Shown one piece after another: positions 53,992-64,000 of a stretch of DNA of 64,000 nucleotides (the stretch's first letter is position 1; the number at the start of each line of letters is the position of its first letter). Source of the stretch: Eledone cirrhosa (Eukaryota); NCBI GenBank assembly GCA_964016885.1, contig OZ024743.1:267220001-267284000 (forward strand), in the 5' to 3' direction. The notes under the pieces are model-generated. The model made no database searches and had not been told where the DNA came from. It worked only from the letters and a program-made list of their open reading frames with translations. Both the position numbers and the translations under genes were made by a program.

Positions 53992-56900
53992 CTTGAATCT
54001 CAGTCATTGATGTTGGTTAACTGGAAAGTCCGTTGGAATGAATATCAAGCCACTACCTGCAGCCTCAGATATTCAGGACGTATCGGAGGGTTCTTGCTGT
54101 TCCCAGCAAGCATGCCTTTTGAAGCGTTCCCTAAGCGTGAAGGGGCCGATTTTCTTTAACCATCCCTGGAAACTTTTGGAGATAGTCCCCAGTGCGCCTA
54201 TGACAATCGGGATCACTTTGACTTCATGGCAGTTCCAAATCCTTTTTACCTCCCACTTTAAGTCTTGGTATCGGTTAATTTTCTCCCTCTCCTTCTCTTG
54301 CACTCTCGTGTCGAATGGGCAGGCCACATCCACAATCAGACACGATCTTTTTTCTTTGTCCACAACCACCAGGTCAGGTCTATTGTGTTCCAGTTTCTTG
54401 TCCGTCTGTATCCTAAAATCCCACAGCACCTTCACCTGATCGTTCTCCATCACCGCCTCTGGCCAATGCTCATACCATTTCTCAGAATGTGGTAAATTGT
54501 TTACTTTGTACAGGTGCCAGTGGATCACCCTGCCCATCACATCATGTCTCCAGCCCTTATAGTGGGTCTGGGCTAGGTGTTTACACACGGATACATTGTG
54601 AGCCACAGTCTCCTCTCTCTCTCCACAGATCCTGCACAGTGGGCTAGCCTCCTCCTTGTAAATATGGTGTTTCAACCACTTCGTTTTGAGGGCCTGCTCC
54701 TGCGCAGCCATTAACATTCCTTCTGTAGCCTTTTTGAGGTATCCTCTTCTCAACCAGTTCCATGTCTGTGGTTCTCTAAATTCAGTTTTCTCAAAGAAGG
54801 TACTATGAAGGGATTTTATCTGAAGGCTGCTCTTTCTCCTTGATGTTATTTCCTCCTTGGACATCCCCTGGCCTACTGTCCCCTCCTTCAGTACAGTTCT
54901 GAGCATTGGCTCCTTACTATCAGTCACGTATTTGTATAGGTTGTTTTTCTCCATCTGAACACAGTCCTCTATGCTGATAAGACCTCTTCCCCCCTCAGAT
55001 CTCCTTAGGTAGAGTCTATCGACATCACTCCTCTTGTGGAACATGTTGTAGATAGTCAATAGCTTCCTAGTCTTCCTATCCATTTCTTTTTGTTCAGCAA
55101 CATTCCATCTCAGAATTCCCGCACTGTACCTAATAATAGACACAGCTCGGGAATTTACTGCGCTTATGGCATTCCTACTGTTCAGATGTGACTTCAATAC
55201 GCTCCTTACTCTCCGAATGTATTCAGTTCCTAACAATTCCTTCATTTTTTTGTTCTTTATGCCATCAGCCTCCGGAACGCCCAAATACTTGTATCCTTCC
55301 TCAGAGTCAATTTCCTTTATCATCTCACCTGTTGGTATCTGGATTCCGTTACTTCTGCTCAACCTACCCCTCCTCATCACAATGACTCCACACTTACTAA
55401 TACCAAACTGCATACATATATCACTGCTGAAAATTCGGACAGTGTCGACAAGCACGTCCAACTCCTTCTCACTCTTCCCGAAGAGCTTAAGATCGTCCAT
55501 GAAGAGGAGGTGATTGATGGTAAGCTCTCCCTTTCCCAACTTGTATCGTGCTCTCACTTTTCGCAGCATAATGGTCAAGGGCATCAGGGCAAGGACAAAC
55601 AACAGAGGGGACAGGCTATCTCCCTGGAAGATACCTCTCTTGATCTTCTCGCTTCCCAAGGATTCTCCAGTTGATGTCAACTCTGTTTTCCAGTACCTCA
55701 TACTCCTGCCCAGCAACTGTCTGATGTTATCTGCCACCTTGAAGATCTCCAGGCTTTTGGTGATCCAAGAGTGAGACACCATGTCAAATGCCTTTCTGTA
55801 GTCTATCCATCCCATGGCAAGATCAGTGTGTCTCCTCCTGCAATTCCCCATTACCATCTTATCAATAAGTAACTGGTCCTTTGTACCACGTGACTTCTTT
55901 CGGCATCCTTTCTGTTCGTCCGGTAACAAGTTGTGTGTGTGGAGGTGATGGTAGATTTCCTCAGACACAATGCTCGTCAACAGTTTCCACATTACGGACA
56001 GACATGTGATAGGTCTATAGTTGGTAACATCATTACCCTTGATTCGGTCTTTCATTATCAGAACTGTGGTACCTTTTGTCAACCACTCTGGCACCTCACC
56101 CGACACCAAGCAGTCATTGAACATGGCCGTCAGTTTCGGGTGGAGGGATGTTGAATTTTTAATCCAATACCCCTGCACACCATCTGGGTCTGGTTATTAT
56201 CAGTTGGTTAGTTTTTTGGCCTGCCCCTTAAGAGTTTCAACTGTGATACTCAAATCAGTTTGTTGGTGTGCCTGTTCACCGATCTCCCTCTGTACTGTCT
56301 CAATCCAACCTGCCTGGTCATTATGTCTAACATCCTGTTCCCATATTCCTCTCCAGAATGTTTTAGTTTGTTCCGCCTCAGGGATCAAGTCGTTGCCTCT
56401 TTCTTTCCCCTCAAGCTGTCCAAACAGCATCTTCTGGTTGTTGTCGAACATGCGGTTCTGTTTATACTGACTGACTCTGTTCTCGTATCGCCTGATTTTT
56501 GCACTCTTTGCTACAATGCGTTGCTTCAGTTCCTCTATGATAATATTTAGCTTTTTCCTCTTAGTTTTGTACTTTATTTCCAGTCTATTTTTAGTGCCTA
56601 TGTGTTTTAGTGTCCCATTCTGTAGTGACTCAAGCTTTCCTATGTCATTTCTCATTTCCTTGATTTGACCACTTAGTCGTTTCTTCCACCAAGGCTCTGC
56701 TCTTTCTTGTCTGTTGTTTCCTCTCGCTTTTATACCAAGTAGTTTCCTCACCGTATTTGCTGTTGCTTTGAGGATATTGTTGCACTGGTGAAGGCTCCTC
56801 GCCTCAAGGTATGGGATGGCTTTGTTTACCTTAGCTGTTGTTTCTTTTAACTTTTTCCTGTCTACAAATCTTAGGTTCATAGGTCTCCCACTATCATTGT

Positions 56901-58362
56901 TCAATTCATCTACCACTAAATTTAGGATGTCAACCGAATCTTGTCCCAGCCCGTCAGCATTCATCTCCTCGGTGGCCGTATCTCTGTTCCAGGTATTATT
57001 TATCTCAGTGTTCAGATGATTGTCTGCTTCGGGTGGTTCTCCGTTCTCTCGACCTCTACACCTTCATTTCCCACTGGATCGTTTGTCTGGCATACTACAC
57101 CCTCCATCTCCATGCTATTCTGTCTGCTCAGTTCCTCCAGTTCCAGCTCGCTTATCCACACATTAGTTCTTATTACCTGAGCCTGCCCGGCCAATTCTTG
57201 TTCATCTAATTTGAATAGACCAATCTCGTTCCAGATGTTATGCATCCGTCCCCTATAGCCCCTCTCCTTGGGGTTACTTTTCAGGTAACATTGCATAACA
57301 GTTCTATTCAATTCTTTCGTCCAGTTGGTTCTGGCCCCTTTCCTTCTTCTTCTTCCTCCAACACCAGCAGTATTTGGTTGACAGTCAGGTTCCTGCTGCT
57401 GCGCCAGGGGGCACCTGTTGGGTGAGAGTCTGTCACATGACGTTCTAGTCTCCATTTCACCGTTATTCGAACTGTTTAGGTTCGATATTTAAACACTCTT
57501 ATCGAGGATTGGCGAATGTATGGTTACATAGCCATCTGTGGATTCACCGTTTCCGGTGGTTACGCCGTTCCATTTGGCACTTGTGTGGCATTATCACCAC
57601 GCTGTAGATGAACACAAATAAACAAACAAACACGCAGGCATAAAAAACCCCAAAAATGAATAAGCATAAATTTCATTGTAATGTAGTGTTCGAATGTCTG
57701 ACTTAGTTTTTCCCCTCTCTTCTCTGCCCGTCCGCTTGTTTCTCTCTTCATTCTTATTTTCTTTACGTTTTTTTTTTGTTTTTTGTTTTTGTTTTTCTCT
57801 GTTTGTTTTTCTCGTTTTTTGCTGTTGTTGCTGTGCTGTTTTGGTTTTGATGTTTGTTTTTTCTTTTTTCTTTTGAGTCTATCTATATATTTTGATGCCT
57901 TCCTCTTTTTTAGTAGGAATTCTATAATGTGGTGGCAGCAACTAGCAGAAGCAATGGGAGACAGCAGCGGCGGTAGCGATACTGAGTCAGTGGTGGTGGT
58001 GATGTCGATACCGAGGCAATGGTGGTGGTGATATGATCGTATTACTGTAGTGATGGTGTTGTAGCGGTGGTAGCAATGAAGGAGTGGTGGCGGCGGTGAT
58101 GGTGGGATAGTGGTAGTAATGATGGGCGTTATCTGGCTGTTGTGTTTAGTGTACACAGAGAGGTGATGGGCTAGGTGGTGTATCTAGTTTCTGGGGTTGG
58201 TGAGATTGGTGTTGTTTGGCTGTTCTATATAGTGTAGACAGAGGAGGGGGGGGGGGGTTATTCTTCCATTTATAGCCATTTTCTTTTTTGAATATACAAT
58301 GTACAATACGAAGTTGAATATTTGAATATTTGAGCCTTATAACAATATATTTTGGGTCCGAA
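53991..58362 (-). mobile_element. R4/Dong-clade non-LTR retrotransposon, family A, best-preserved copy
   Basis: Single long ORF interrupted by a few lesions; ~0.9 kb 5' region; (ATT)n both sides. Confidence 0.95.
54073..57455 (-). pseudogene. RT + CCHC + restriction-like endonuclease polyprotein (frameshift ~57010, stop at 56200-56202, frameshift near C terminus)
   Basis: ORFs 57012-57455, 56200-56964, 54073-56178: LLFMDDLKLF, CRICGEREETVAHNVSVC, WRHD, RPDLVVVDK..IVDVACP..EKINRY (PD-(D/E)xK), PIVIGALG. Confidence 0.93.
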
Positions 58363-58607
58363 TTTATTATTATTATTATCATTATTATTATTGGTTGGTG
58401 AAGCCACGCTTCTTATCGCCACCAGTCTTTTTCAACGTTTTACCTCTTTTTCAACCGTTCTAAACCTTTTATTCAAGTTTTAAATTTGATAAAAGTTTAG
58501 AAGAAGTGACCCACCTAATACAGGGGTTCACTAGTAAATAATACGGCACCCCTTTACGGGGTGTCGTATTCGTATTTGTGTAAAAATACTTTTTGAAAAA
58601 TTTCAAC

Positions 58608-60236
58608 ATGGATAGCACAAAAAAGAGAGAGAGTGCTGTCAGACAATACAGAGAGAGGGAGACTTTATCAGCATGTCAACAAGACAGCGTTCCAGCGGAG
58701 GTAAATATAAAAGAAAATATTACAAAGGAAAACAAGATTGTTACAGATTTAAAATTAACAAATATTTCTAACACAAACAACACCAACAATAACACCAACA
58801 ACATCACCAACAACAACACCAAAAATAACAGCGGTAAAGTCGAGAACGACAATAACAAATATAACAGCGGTAAGGTCGAGAACGACAATAACAAAAATAA
58901 CAGCGGTAAGGTCGAGAACGACAATAACAATGACAATAACAACAGCCACAACAACAATAATAGTAGGAAAAGTATCAACAAAAACAACAACAATAACAAC
59001 AGCCACAATAACAGTAATAGCAGCAACAGTATCAACGAAAACAACACCAACAACTGTACCAGCGAAAAGAACAACAATGACACCGATACCTGTAATAGCG
59101 ACCTCAGCACCACCAGTAAGACCAGTAGCGACAGCAATAGTGGTGCTGCTGAAAAAGGGACCACTTCTTTTGCAGGTGTCGCCCGAAATATCGAGACAGT
59201 GTTAGTCACAGAGGAGGAGATGGCAGTCGCAAGGGCCATGGTGACAAGAAGCGCAAATAGAGTTTCCCTGAAACCTCCACCCGATTTTTTCAAGGACCAG
59301 CAGCTACGAACGGTGACTTACCGCACCGTAAGCAAAATCTCACATCGAGTGGAGAGAGCCACGGAGGCTCAAATCCAAAAGGCCTTGGGGTGCGTCTGGA
59401 CACGCAAAACCCACATCACCCGAGGCAGAAAGTACGCCACAGTAGACGTACTTTTCGCCACCCCCCAGGAAGCAAAATCTCACTCTTTGGAAACCCTAAA
59501 GAGTGAGGAGTTAGTCTTGGTGCCCTCCTACTGCGGGCAGAAAATTGTGAGGGTCAAAGTGACCCAGGTCCCACCCAACGTGCCCATACCTTGGCTGGCC
59601 GCGTCTGTCCTTGCTGGAATTGAGAACAGGGCGACCATGCTGCAAGTAGAAAACATAGGGAGAGAGAACTGGTCAGGTATAGGCATGCAAATGCTTATAC
59701 AAACTGACCAGGAATGTATCGAGGCTATCCCCGATATCATAGACTTTGAGGAAGGACTCCAACTCCCTATAAGTGTAGAAGGGAGACGGCCAAAATGTTA
59801 TCTCTGTGGGTCGAAAGGTCACCTCAGGGCCTTTTGCCAGCAGAAGACACCGAAGAGGGCCCCTCTCCTTCCAATACCTGGTCCGCTGCTACCAAGAGTA
59901 GGACAGGCAACAAACGAAGAAGCCCCTTCCACGGTGAGTAGGAGGGCAACGTCCGTAGCACCCGTACCAAGGCCACGGATAACTAAAGCAGCATCATCAG
60001 TAGCGGCAACACCAATAGCTACATTTGAAATAGCTACACCAGCAACAACATTGGCGAAAAGGGCTCCACTACCACCACCAACAGCCGTGGAGCACATACC
60101 CCTCCCAGACGCCACAGAATCCGACATGGAGTTTGAGGCTGGAGTGACGTGGCAAACAGTCTGCCACAAAAAAAACAAAAAAGAAAAAAACCCTTATATT
60201 CACCCTCCAAAAGCGAAGGCATACAAAGAGGGGTAA
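58608..60236 (+). CDS. Tx1/L1-type ORF1 (gag-like, CCHC zinc knuckle; Asn-rich N-terminal insert)
   Basis: Open for >540 codons; CYLCGSKGHLRAFC; directly upstream of APE-RT ORF2; C terminus probably frameshifted in an A-run. Confidence 0.8.
   Translation: MDSTKKRESAVRQYRERETLSACQQDSVPAEVNIKENITKENKIVTDLKLTNISNTNNTNNNTNNITNNNTKNNSGKVENDNNKYNSGKVENDNNKNNSGKVENDNNNDNNNSHNNNNSRKSINKNNNNNNSHNNSNSSNSINENNTNNCTSEKNNNDTDTCNSDLSTTSKTSSDSNSGAAEKGTTSFAGVARNIETVLVTEEEMAVARAMVTRSANRVSLKPPPDFFKDQQLRTVTYRTVSKISHRVERATEAQIQKALGCVWTRKTHITRGRKYATVDVLFATPQEAKSHSLETLKSEELVLVPSYCGQKIVRVKVTQVPPNVPIPWLAASVLAGIENRATMLQVENIGRENWSGIGMQMLIQTDQECIEAIPDIIDFEEGLQLPISVEGRRPKCYLCGSKGHLRAFCQQKTPKRAPLLPIPGPLLPRVGQATNEEAPSTVSRRATSVAPVPRPRITKAASSVAATPIATFEIATPATTLAKRAPLPPPTAVEHIPLPDATESDMEFEAGVTWQTVCHKKNKKEKNPYIHPPKAKAYKEG
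58824..58930 (+). repeat. 36-bp coding tandem repeat x3 (NNSGKVENDNNK)
   Basis: AATAACAGCGGTAAGGTCGAGAACGACAATAACAAA repeated in frame. Confidence 0.9.
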
Positions 60237-60687
60237 AGGCAGCAAGGAAACTTGCAGCAACACCACCACAAACACCAACAACGCAAACACAACAAGACAC
60301 ACACACCAAACAGCAACAAGAAGAACACGGCAACAAAATCACCCCTCCCCACCAAAAGTACACAGCCATAAACATAGCAAAAAACGAATCATAAAATACA
60401 TAAAGCAGCACACAGACATCACGGAAAAAAATTACCACACCCCACCAACACCAAGAACTCTCCCGTCAAACATAAGCATCATCGAAATCTCATTAGAAGA
60501 GTACAAACCTTTAAAACAAAAATTGCCCAACGCAGTTGGAGACTTCAGAGGGACGGTTATCAAGAGGACATACACTGACATCCTCTTGGAAACACCCATG
60601 ACCAGCGGAAGGGACAGTTCTACTGTCCCTTCACCACACGAACAAGGTAAGTGACCCATTCTCATTTGCCCCGTTTCTCATCCAACA

Positions 60688-63471
60688 TGGCTGTACTCAG
60701 AATAGGAAGTATAAATGCACGTGGCCAGAGGGTCATCTTGGAAGCAGGGTCACCTGCTCAATGACCTCAGGTCACTAAACATAGATGTGGTGGCCATCAG
60801 TGAAACCAGAATCTCCGAGGCACGGGCCTTCGCACCGATCTTCGGCGGCTACGATGTATACGCATCTCCCAGCCGTCCGGGATCGGGGGGAGGGGTTGTT
60901 GTCCTTTTTCGGAGAGGCTTGGATCTCGCGATACGGGCCATCTTCCTGGACCCAGAAGGTAAGTCGGTGGTGCTGGACGTGACCGGCAGCGAAGGCAATG
61001 CTTTCAGGCTAGTAGCGGTCTGCGCCCCAACAGGGGCAGGACGGCCAGATTTCTTCAGACTTCTAGAGACCTTTCTTGGAACGTCCCGCTCTTTAGTGTT
61101 AGTGGGTGACCAATTCTTCAACGCAAAACACGAAGACTGCGTTGTCAGATCTAGAGCGCGTGCTCTGAAACACGAAAGGACAAAAGCCGTCCAATGGGCC
61201 CGGGTGGCAGAGGCGCGACGTGGCAATAAAGCCACAATTCGGTCTTTCTCTGACCAAAACTGGTGCGTGATGCTCGAACCCGAGCGGATGTGCGAAGCTT
61301 TTCAGCAGCACTTTGCTGAACTGTTCGGGAGCGGCGGCGGCCCGGATCGGGACATGGACTTCAGTGCATACCTCGACTGACTGCCTCGGCTTTCTACGAC
61401 CGCAGCACAGTGTTGCGAAAAGCCAATAACAGCCGGTGAAATACGGGAAGCGATGGCTAACTGCACAAGAGGTAAATCGCCAGGTTTAGATGGTCTGCCC
61501 TACGAGCTTTATGCATTTATACCAGACTTGTTCGGTGACCTCATGGCAGACGTCTGCTGCAACTGGCAGCAGAACGGGAGCATTCCCAGTTTTGTGAGCC
61601 GAGGAGCAGTGGCGCTGCTGAGAAAAGACCCGAACAAGGGGGTTGTTATTGATAATTTCAGGCCCATAACTCTGATAAACGCAGAGTTCAAGATTTTGGC
61701 CAGGGTGTTAGAAACGAGGTTGGCGCTTGTCGTCGAGGGTCTGGTGGGAGAGGCGCAGTGTTGCGCCATCCTGGACAGATCCATACACGACAACCTCCAC
61801 CTCATGCGATACATCATAGAGAGGGTGGTTAAGGAATCTGGCAAGGGTGGGGCCCTGATCAACTTGGATCAATCCAAAGCATTCGATAGGGTCGACCATC
61901 GGTACCTGGCGGCGGTCCTCGAGGCAGCCGGTTTCGGCCCCGTTTTCAGGCGTTGGATCACAGCAATGTACAGCGACATCTGCTCAGTTGTTAGGGTGAA
62001 CGGTCACCTGTCGGAGCCGTTCAGCATCATGCGCTCAGTTCGCCAGGGTTGTCCCCTGTCGTCCCACTTGTACGTATTGGCTCTCGAGCCGTTACTGCAC
62101 AAACTGGGGGCGAGAGGGGCGTCCCACGCGAACTAGGATGCGGGAAATCCGAGTCGGCTTACGCTGACGACGTCACCGTGGTGGTGTCGAGCACCAGACA
62201 CGTCCAGATGCTCGGCACCTCTCTCAAGGAATACGAAACGGTGACAGGAGCAAAGATAAACCAGGAAAAGTCGGTGGGTTTGCAGCTAGGCACCTGGAGA
62301 GGCAAGTCCATGCCGTCCGACAGCGTCGTCGGGCGTTGGACGGACGGACCAGTTAAATTGCTCGGGGTCTGGTTCAGACCGGACCTCCAGATGGAGAAAA
62401 ACTGGAACGAGGTGACGAGCAGGGTGGCCTCCCTCACCCAGAAATGGGCTGAGAGGAAGCTGTCCCTGAAAGGCCAGGCGGAAGGGGCGAATGCGTACAT
62501 CGCATCCGTCATCTGCTACCACCTCACCGTCGTCCCTTGCTCCAGCCCAACTCTCACCAAAATGGAGCGCCTCCTCTTCCGCTTTTTGTGGAAGGGACGC
62601 GCACCCATGGTCAAACGATCCATCTGCTGTCAACACCCATTGCGTGGAGGACTGGGCATGCCATGGCTGATGATGCGCAAACATGGGGTGAGGCTGCGAC
62701 ATCTCTGGTTCTTCCTTGATGGTGAACGGGTGTGGTCGTCGTTCGCCAGGCACAGGGATAGCGCTTGGAAACTGGAATGTCTACAGGCGCTCACTGCCCT
62801 CTCCCAGTTGGGCACCAGTATCGGTGGAACATCCACCTCGGCGTTCTATAGAGGACTAGTGGAGGGGAAGAGCGACGACGTTCTCGGAGAGATCCTGGGC
62901 GCCGAAGAAGATCAGCTGCTTGCTCTCTTCCGGAGAACTTTCAGCCCGGGGCCTATGGATAACTTCCAAAAATCCCTGGCCTGGCAGTGCTACCGGGGAG
63001 CGCTGCCGGTTCGAAATAAGCTCTACAGGCACGGAAGTGCCGTCAGCCGAGCCTGTCCGAGATGTACGCATAGCGACGAAACCGTTGTGCACGCACTCGT
63101 TCAGTGCGCGAGCATTGTTGACTTGATGGAGCTATGTCGAACAGTTGCTGTCACGTGTGGGACTGATCCGGTTGTCGACTGAGTCCATTGTGCAGATGGT
63201 CTCGCCGTCTTCCTTTGAGGAGGAAGGGCAGGCGGTTTTCATCTGCCTGGTGGCCATGGCGAAAGAGATTGTGTGGTGGACAAGGTTAAAAGGATTAAAG
63301 ACAAACACTTTCCTCTTCGGCGAATCCCTAATTAACTTTTTCAAGTTTCACTTGAAGAGGAAAATCAGGGTGGAGAGGCAAGTGCTGCTTTCTAGCAAGT
63401 TTGTTGAAAGGTGGGTGAATGTAACGAAAATGGTCCGAGTGAATGGGACCACTCTGAATATACGTCTGTAG
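60688..63471 (+). pseudogene. Tx1/L1-type ORF2 (APE endonuclease, RT, C-terminal CCHC), disrupted
   Basis: MAVLRIGSIN, DVVAISETR, LVLVGD, KSPGLDGLP, NFRPITLIN, LDQSKAFDRVDH, VRQGCPLS, AYADD, CPRCTHSDETVVHALVQC; stop at 61378-61380, frameshifts, deletion at ~61110. Confidence 0.92.
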
Positions 63472-63759
63472 TTTGAGAGATGGAAAAATTGATAGAGGGC
63501 GCTTGCCCTGGTAGTCAGCGTGGCCGTGGTCTTTTGTGTGGTTTTCGCCACGAGTAACCCTCAGAGATTTCCCCCCTATTGGGGAATTTTTCATTGTTTC
63601 AATTTTCATTTTATTGTTTATATATATATATATGTTTTATGTCGTTTTTCTTTTCTTATATAAATAATAAAAATATTTACACGCACAAAACCCACATCGT
63701 ACCGTCCTGTTCCGTCTGTGATGTTTTTCTTGATGTCAGCCCTTGTGGCCAATACAGAA

Positions 63760-63804
<45 letters not shown>
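63760..63804. repeat. (ATT)n tract; similar tracts at 45163-45180, 49729-49751, 53551-53618, 53659-53676, 53929-53990, 58362-58392
   Basis: Direct inspection. Confidence 0.95.
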
Positions 63805-64000
63805 GGCGACCTACGTAGTAAATCGTATCATCGTGAGCTCCGCAAAGGTTTGTTGTTTGCGTTTGTTAAAAATTGTCATTTATAGAAAATGTTTATTGTT
63901 AACTGTATATAAGCGCACATACATTGTTTTCCGAAAAGAACACCCAAAAATATTGGGGCCTTGTGCCAAAATTTAAACTTTTATGATTATCAAAAATTTC

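Larger units (their letters stand above)
58395..63759 (+). mobile_element. L1/Tx1-type non-LTR retrotransposon, two ORFs, internally deleted
   Basis: ORF1 with CCHC knuckle; ORF2 APE-RT-CCHC remnants; (ATT)nGG present on both flanks (apparent TSD). Confidence 0.92.

Overview
Gene-free, AT-rich, microsatellite-dense eukaryotic DNA, probably octopus/cephalopod (inferred from recognising the tRNA-derived SINE family). I found no host protein-coding gene; most short ORFs in the track are translations of (TA)n/(CA)n/(GA)n/(ATT)n. The window has two retroelement zones. (1) 1-42 kb: decayed Penelope-like elements (mostly Naiad-type RT/GIY-YIG, plus one Neptune-type RT fragment) sitting in (TA)n tracts. 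They repeatedly show a fold-back layout (extension + inverted terminus ... terminus + (TA)n), and their termini carry about a dozen hammerhead-ribozyme-like motifs from several unrelated families, many with a palindromic minimal stem III and a much enlarged stem II. Three ~190-205 bp hairpin mini-elements consist of two head-to-head hammerhead 3' halves. (2) 45-64 kb: a near-continuous array of four R4/Dong-type RLE retrotransposon copies (minus strand) and one L1/Tx1-type element (plus strand), each bounded by (ATT)n; one R4-type 5' UTR has an HDV-ribozyme-like topology. Also present are about a dozen SINE copies or fragments, a probable non-autonomous Helitron with an internal minisatellite, a 4-kb AT-rich satellite with an internal inversion, and two possible solo LTRs. 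All RNA structures were read by eye and are not computationally or experimentally validated.
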